Virus record (IMG/VR): IMGVR_UViG_3300026077_000003
Location: 1-60,216 of that record
Source of the DNA: a virus
Taxonomy: Duplodnaviria; Caudoviricetes
Length of the DNA: 60,216 nucleotides
Reading direction: 5' to 3' (one strand)
Position numbers and translations under genes: made by a program. Under the pieces are notes generated by a model, which ran no database searches, was not told the DNA's origin, and saw only the letters and a program-made list of their open reading frames with translations. Each line of letters opens with the position of its first letter. Position 1 is the first letter of the stretch. Below, one piece after another: positions 56,928 through 60,216 of the stretch.

Positions 56928-57187
56928 TCTCAATGAAAACAATCAACACATCAGATTTATGCAGAGACACAATGAGACAATGTGTCAAGGATTCTGATTT
57001 TTTATCATCCATTGTAGGTGAGTACATCCAACTACTCAACAATGAACAGAGAGCAACCCTAAGAGAGTCTCTCAACTATGCTCAAGAAGAAGTATTAGTT
57101 GATGATAAGGGTTATGTATCATCACATACAGAATTAATTGATGACTCTACATACAAACAACAATTCTATGGAGGTACAGCAGACTAA
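56924..57187 (+). CDS. Early hypothetical protein
   Basis: 87 aa, ATGA overlap. Confidence 0.65.
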   Translation: MISMKTINTSDLCRDTMRQCVKDSDFLSSIVGEYIQLLNNEQRATLRESLNYAQEEVLVDDKGYVSSHTELIDDSTYKQQFYGGTAD

Positions 57188-57351
57188 TGAAGTATGATAT
57201 GTATTCACTACTCAATGAAGATCAGATAGAAGAGATCTCAGTCATGCTACTTGATGCCCTCGCTGCCCAAGATGTCTATCCAGAAATTTGGGAGATTGAT
57301 ATCAATTGTATTGTTGATGATGTCTTTGATGTTAGTGAGGTTACAGCATGA
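57187..57351 (+). CDS. Early small acidic protein (MKYDMYS...)
   Basis: 54 aa, GGAGG SD, TAATG-coupled. Confidence 0.6.
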   Translation: MKYDMYSLLNEDQIEEISVMLLDALAAQDVYPEIWEIDINCIVDDVFDVSEVTA

Positions 57352-57506
57352 AACAATACCAATTGCCTAGGGTGCTGCTACGTCACGAACCTGATTTAAG
57401 TTTGATGACAGATCAACAGTTAACAATCTGGGCAGAGGATGTTAGAAAAATACATCCAGATTTTCCATTTGATTCCCACATACTAGAGAGATTAAACAAT
57501 GAATGA
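57348..57506 (+). CDS. Early small protein (MKQYQLP...)
   Basis: 52 aa, GAGG SD, ATGA overlap. Confidence 0.6.
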   Translation: MKQYQLPRVLLRHEPDLSLMTDQQLTIWAEDVRKIHPDFPFDSHILERLNNE

Positions 57507-57681
57507 ACGTGAATTCTACTACAACATGGCAGTTTATCTAAATGATAAAGAAATCCATGAGATCTGGCAAATATGTGGTAAAGCACTTGACAGACACAAC
57601 TACAAGGATCATCACATGGGTGAACTATCCATAAGGGTATATGATTCTAGTTTGACTGAACAACCAGAAGAGTCAGTCTAA
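57499..57681 (+). CDS. Early hypothetical protein
   Basis: 60 aa, overlapping chain. Confidence 0.65.
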   Translation: MNEREFYYNMAVYLNDKEIHEIWQICGKALDRHNYKDHHMGELSIRVYDSSLTEQPEESV

Positions 57682-57727
57682 TTAGTGTCACATCACTATT
57701 GTAATAGTGGATATGATCTATTATAAT
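57672..57727 (+). promoter_or_regulatory. Early promoter with upstream motif
   Basis: gtcagt..agtgtcac-N30-TATAAT. Confidence 0.7.
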
Positions 57728-57756
57728 AGTATTATAAACAACATTAATCAATTATC

Positions 57757-57999
57757 ATGGCATCTTTACAAGAATTTGTGAATTATGTGTGGGATTTCTA
57801 TAAACCACATTCTGAACTTTATCCTATTAAAGGTTTAGTTAAGCAAGATATTTATGATGCTTTCTTTACATATAAGGAGAGGATTGAGAAGGGAGATTTA
57901 GAATATGTTCATTATTCATGGGGTGATGGTGATAGTTTAGACAGAGAAAGAGTAAGAGATATTATACTTGAGAATCCAAGATTTGAGGTGGCAGTATGA
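57757..57999 (+). CDS. Early hypothetical protein
   Basis: EFVNYVWDFY..LYP..GDSLDRERVRD. Confidence 0.75.
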   Translation: MASLQEFVNYVWDFYKPHSELYPIKGLVKQDIYDAFFTYKERIEKGDLEYVHYSWGDGDSLDRERVRDIILENPRFEVAV

Positions 58000-58133
58000 A
58001 ACTAATTCTATTAATTGTCATTGGAGTATTAATTTATCAGTCTGATGATTCACGTTATTTTATTAGTGACCAACTACAAAATGCAAGTGAATTTGTTAGA
58101 CCAGATCCCAAATTTATGAACATTCGTTATTAA
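57996..58133 (+). CDS. Early small membrane-anchored protein
   Basis: 45 aa MKLILLIVIGVLIY..; GAGG SD. Confidence 0.6.
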   Translation: MKLILLIVIGVLIYQSDDSRYFISDQLQNASEFVRPDPKFMNIRY

Positions 58134-58135
58134 TT

Positions 58136-58312
58136 ATGAGAACAATTCACGTCACTAATGATGAACTTTATGAGTTCGTTAAGTTATATGATCTCTTAAG
58201 AGATATGGATTTTGAGTTAACATCAAATCAAGAAAGTGTATTTGAGAAAGTATTAGAAATGGATGCAAATACTACATTCATTGATATAAACAACAATGGA
58301 GGTAAGTATTAA
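58136..58312 (+). CDS. Early small protein (MRTIHVT...)
   Basis: 58 aa filling gap, coupled to next gene. Confidence 0.6.
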   Translation: MRTIHVTNDELYEFVKLYDLLRDMDFELTSNQESVFEKVLEMDANTTFIDINNNGGKY

Positions 58313-58587
58313 TGAGCGATCTAATTACAATTGATTCTGATTACTTTGGGATGACATTCTATTTTGATGATGATAACGATCTCATGTATGCACCATCACT
58401 AATTGATGGTGGATATGATAAAGATTGTGAGGGTTATGTACATGAATGGGATGATTTTGATGGATGTAACTATAAAGAATTATTTGCAATCATCCGAGAG
58501 TTAACATTACTTAATCGCATAAAAGAGATTAATGAAACTGTTACTCAATCATATATGTACAACAACAAGGAGTTATTTAACAAATGA
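58312..58587 (+). CDS. Early acidic hypothetical protein
   Basis: 91 aa, GGAGG SD. Confidence 0.7.
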   Translation: MSDLITIDSDYFGMTFYFDDDNDLMYAPSLIDGGYDKDCEGYVHEWDDFDGCNYKELFAIIRELTLLNRIKEINETVTQSYMYNNKELFNK

Positions 58588-58820
58588 AATCATCATTAAA
58601 GAAACAGAAACTAAAGGCACAAGTTAAGTCACGTTTTTATTACTTATTCTGGGGAATTGCCACAGTAAGTGTTGTTGGAGGTCAGTTACTTGTATCCAAT
58701 GGATATAATAAAATGACTGAACAAATAGAGCAATTAAATAACATTTTAATTGAGAATAGTCGTTCTAATTATAATCGTTATCCAAAAGGTTCACCTGTTC
58801 CCGATATCATTTTATTATGA
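58584..58820 (+). CDS. Early membrane-anchored hypothetical protein
   Basis: KLKAQVKSRFYY.FWG.AT..VV.GQ. Confidence 0.7.
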   Translation: MKSSLKKQKLKAQVKSRFYYLFWGIATVSVVGGQLLVSNGYNKMTEQIEQLNNILIENSRSNYNRYPKGSPVPDIILL

Positions 58821-58927
58821 TATATCAGAAGACTTGTTTAACATTACTGGTGATATTATCTACCATAAATGTAATCATTAGCTATGGAAAGCAAGATACC
58901 ATACCATGCGAGCGAAGTCAATATTTA

Positions 58928-58986
58928 GTGGACAGTCAGACAACCTACACATCTCTTATGGAATAGTGCGGATGATCGCCTATAAT
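58928..58986 (+). promoter_or_regulatory. Early promoter with upstream motif
   Basis: gtggacagt..aacctacac-N30-TATAAT. Confidence 0.7.
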
Positions 58987-59018
58987 AAGTACATACCAAA
59001 CAAAGGAGAACTTCCCAA

Positions 59019-59336
59019 ATGAGACAAATCGAAAGAAACATGAACAGAGCGATTAGAAACAATGCTAACTTTTCTTCATCAAACACTAGCGTTGTATCTG
59101 AGGACGGTGTTTCTATCGTTCGTTTACATGGCAACCACATTGCCACAATCACAAATAACGGAATTGAGTTATTTGATGGCGGTTGGCAGTCAAACACCAC
59201 TAAGAGTCGTTTAAATGCTCTTTGTGACGAGTTTGCTTACGGTTGCAGAGTATTCCAAAAGAATTGGGAGTGGTTCGTATCTACAAGATCAGGCACAGTT
59301 GATTTTGATAACGGAATCACTCTAAACTTTAACTAA
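59019..59336 (+). CDS. Conserved early cyanophage protein
   Basis: MRQIE..M..AI, LHGNHIA, GGWQSNTTKSRLNAL, VFQKNWEW; AAGGAG SD. Confidence 0.8.
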   Translation: MRQIERNMNRAIRNNANFSSSNTSVVSEDGVSIVRLHGNHIATITNNGIELFDGGWQSNTTKSRLNALCDEFAYGCRVFQKNWEWFVSTRSGTVDFDNGITLNFN

Positions 59337-59360
59337 TTCACCCTAATTTCTTATTTTAAC

Positions 59361-59531
59361 ATGAAGTACCTTGACTTACTCACAGAATTGCAAAACTTAA
59401 CAGAAGAGCAATTATTACAGGATGTTATAGTTTACAACAATTCCTACAAAGGTTATCATGCTGCTAGTAATATATTCTTAGCGAATGAAACCGATCCAAT
59501 CGCACTCAATCAACCATTTTTAACAGTTTAG
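59361..59531 (+). CDS. Early small protein (MKYLDLL...)
   Basis: 56 aa ORF in gap. Confidence 0.6.
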   Translation: MKYLDLLTELQNLTEEQLLQDVIVYNNSYKGYHAASNIFLANETDPIALNQPFLTV

Positions 59532-59535
59532 AACA

Positions 59536-59739
59536 ATGACCGAATTCCTTTACACAATCGAAACCCCTAAAAACTTTGATGATGGGGACATCCAAACCTC
59601 TAGTCTTGACAAGGCAAATGACCTATGTTTTGACTTATCTTTAGAGTATGATTATTCATGCGTTAGATGTAACATAACAGGTGAAATCGTTGCCGAGTAT
59701 GGTGAAGTTTTCCCATTAGTTGCGGAGGGTTATGTATAA
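59536..59739 (+). CDS. Early hypothetical protein
   Basis: 67 aa. Confidence 0.65.
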   Translation: MTEFLYTIETPKNFDDGDIQTSSLDKANDLCFDLSLEYDYSCVRCNITGEIVAEYGEVFPLVAEGYV

Positions 59740-59921
59740 TGAGTTGCCTACAAAATGAAGCACTATTAGAAACAATCTATGATGAAGTTTGGGAGGAGTT
59801 TAGAACAATTAACAACCTAACTTCAGATCAACTTTATACATTAGAGCAGAATTCTCCAACTGGTGTTATACAACAGATAGAGGATGAAACTAACAAACGT
59901 TTTGAGGATTTAATCCAATGA
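59739..59921 (+). CDS. Early hypothetical protein
   Basis: MSCLQNEALLETIY; GGAGG SD, TAATG-coupled. Confidence 0.7.
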   Translation: MSCLQNEALLETIYDEVWEEFRTINNLTSDQLYTLEQNSPTGVIQQIEDETNKRFEDLIQ

Positions 59922-60216
59922 GTAACAACAATTACACGCAATCTGCAAATCCAAATGCAACAAATAGTGAGTTAGATGCAAAGAAGATAGTAACAAATAG
60001 TGGACTAACTTCTGAGCAAAGAGATGAACTAATTGAGTCATTTGTTGAGTTACAAGTTGATAACATGAGCGTGCAAACTATGGCAGAGTGGATAACAGAT
60101 ATCCTAACAAATGACTACTCTAAATTAACAGATAGTGAGTTAGAAGAAAGAGTTTGGACATTTGATGAATACTTATATGATGAGTTAGTTGATAACGTAA
60201 CTATGGAAGATAGTGA
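59918..60216 (+). CDS. Early hypothetical protein (3'-truncated)
   Basis: MSNNNYTQSANPNATNSELD.. open to window end. Confidence 0.65.
   Translation, partial: MSNNNYTQSANPNATNSELDAKKIVTNSGLTSEQRDELIESFVELQVDNMSVQTMAEWITDILTNDYSKLTDSELEERVWTFDEYLYDELVDNVTMEDS

Overview
60 kb of a T4-like marine cyanomyovirus genome, probably a Prochlorococcus phage (inferred from psbA, cp12, cpeT, thyX, phoH and AT-rich coding). Order: 3' part of psbA; a large surface/structural gene and small genes; a porin-like gene with a structured leader; a replication/nucleotide block (glutaredoxin, thyX, phoH, exonuclease, gp33, gp32); a baseplate/tail block (gp53, gp48, gp4, gp2, gp54-like, gp26, gp51, two tape-measure-like paralogs, gp27-like, gp5) with cp12/2OG-oxygenase/cpeT inserted; five fibre-like genes and a duplicated Gly-rich fibre pair; then two tandem flavin-dependent halogenases followed by a dense run of Fe(II)/2OG and JmjC oxygenases (13 oxygenases in the window); an SF2 helicase, an orphan PD-(D/E)XK-like nuclease and early small genes behind a repeated promoter motif. 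Top leads: the fibre-linked halogenase/oxygenase cluster, a ~120 nt structured RNA at 51791-51911, the switch-like leader at 6664-6860, and a 62 bp element repeated at 1026 and 13863. Assignments come from motifs, synteny and recall of families; no database search was run.
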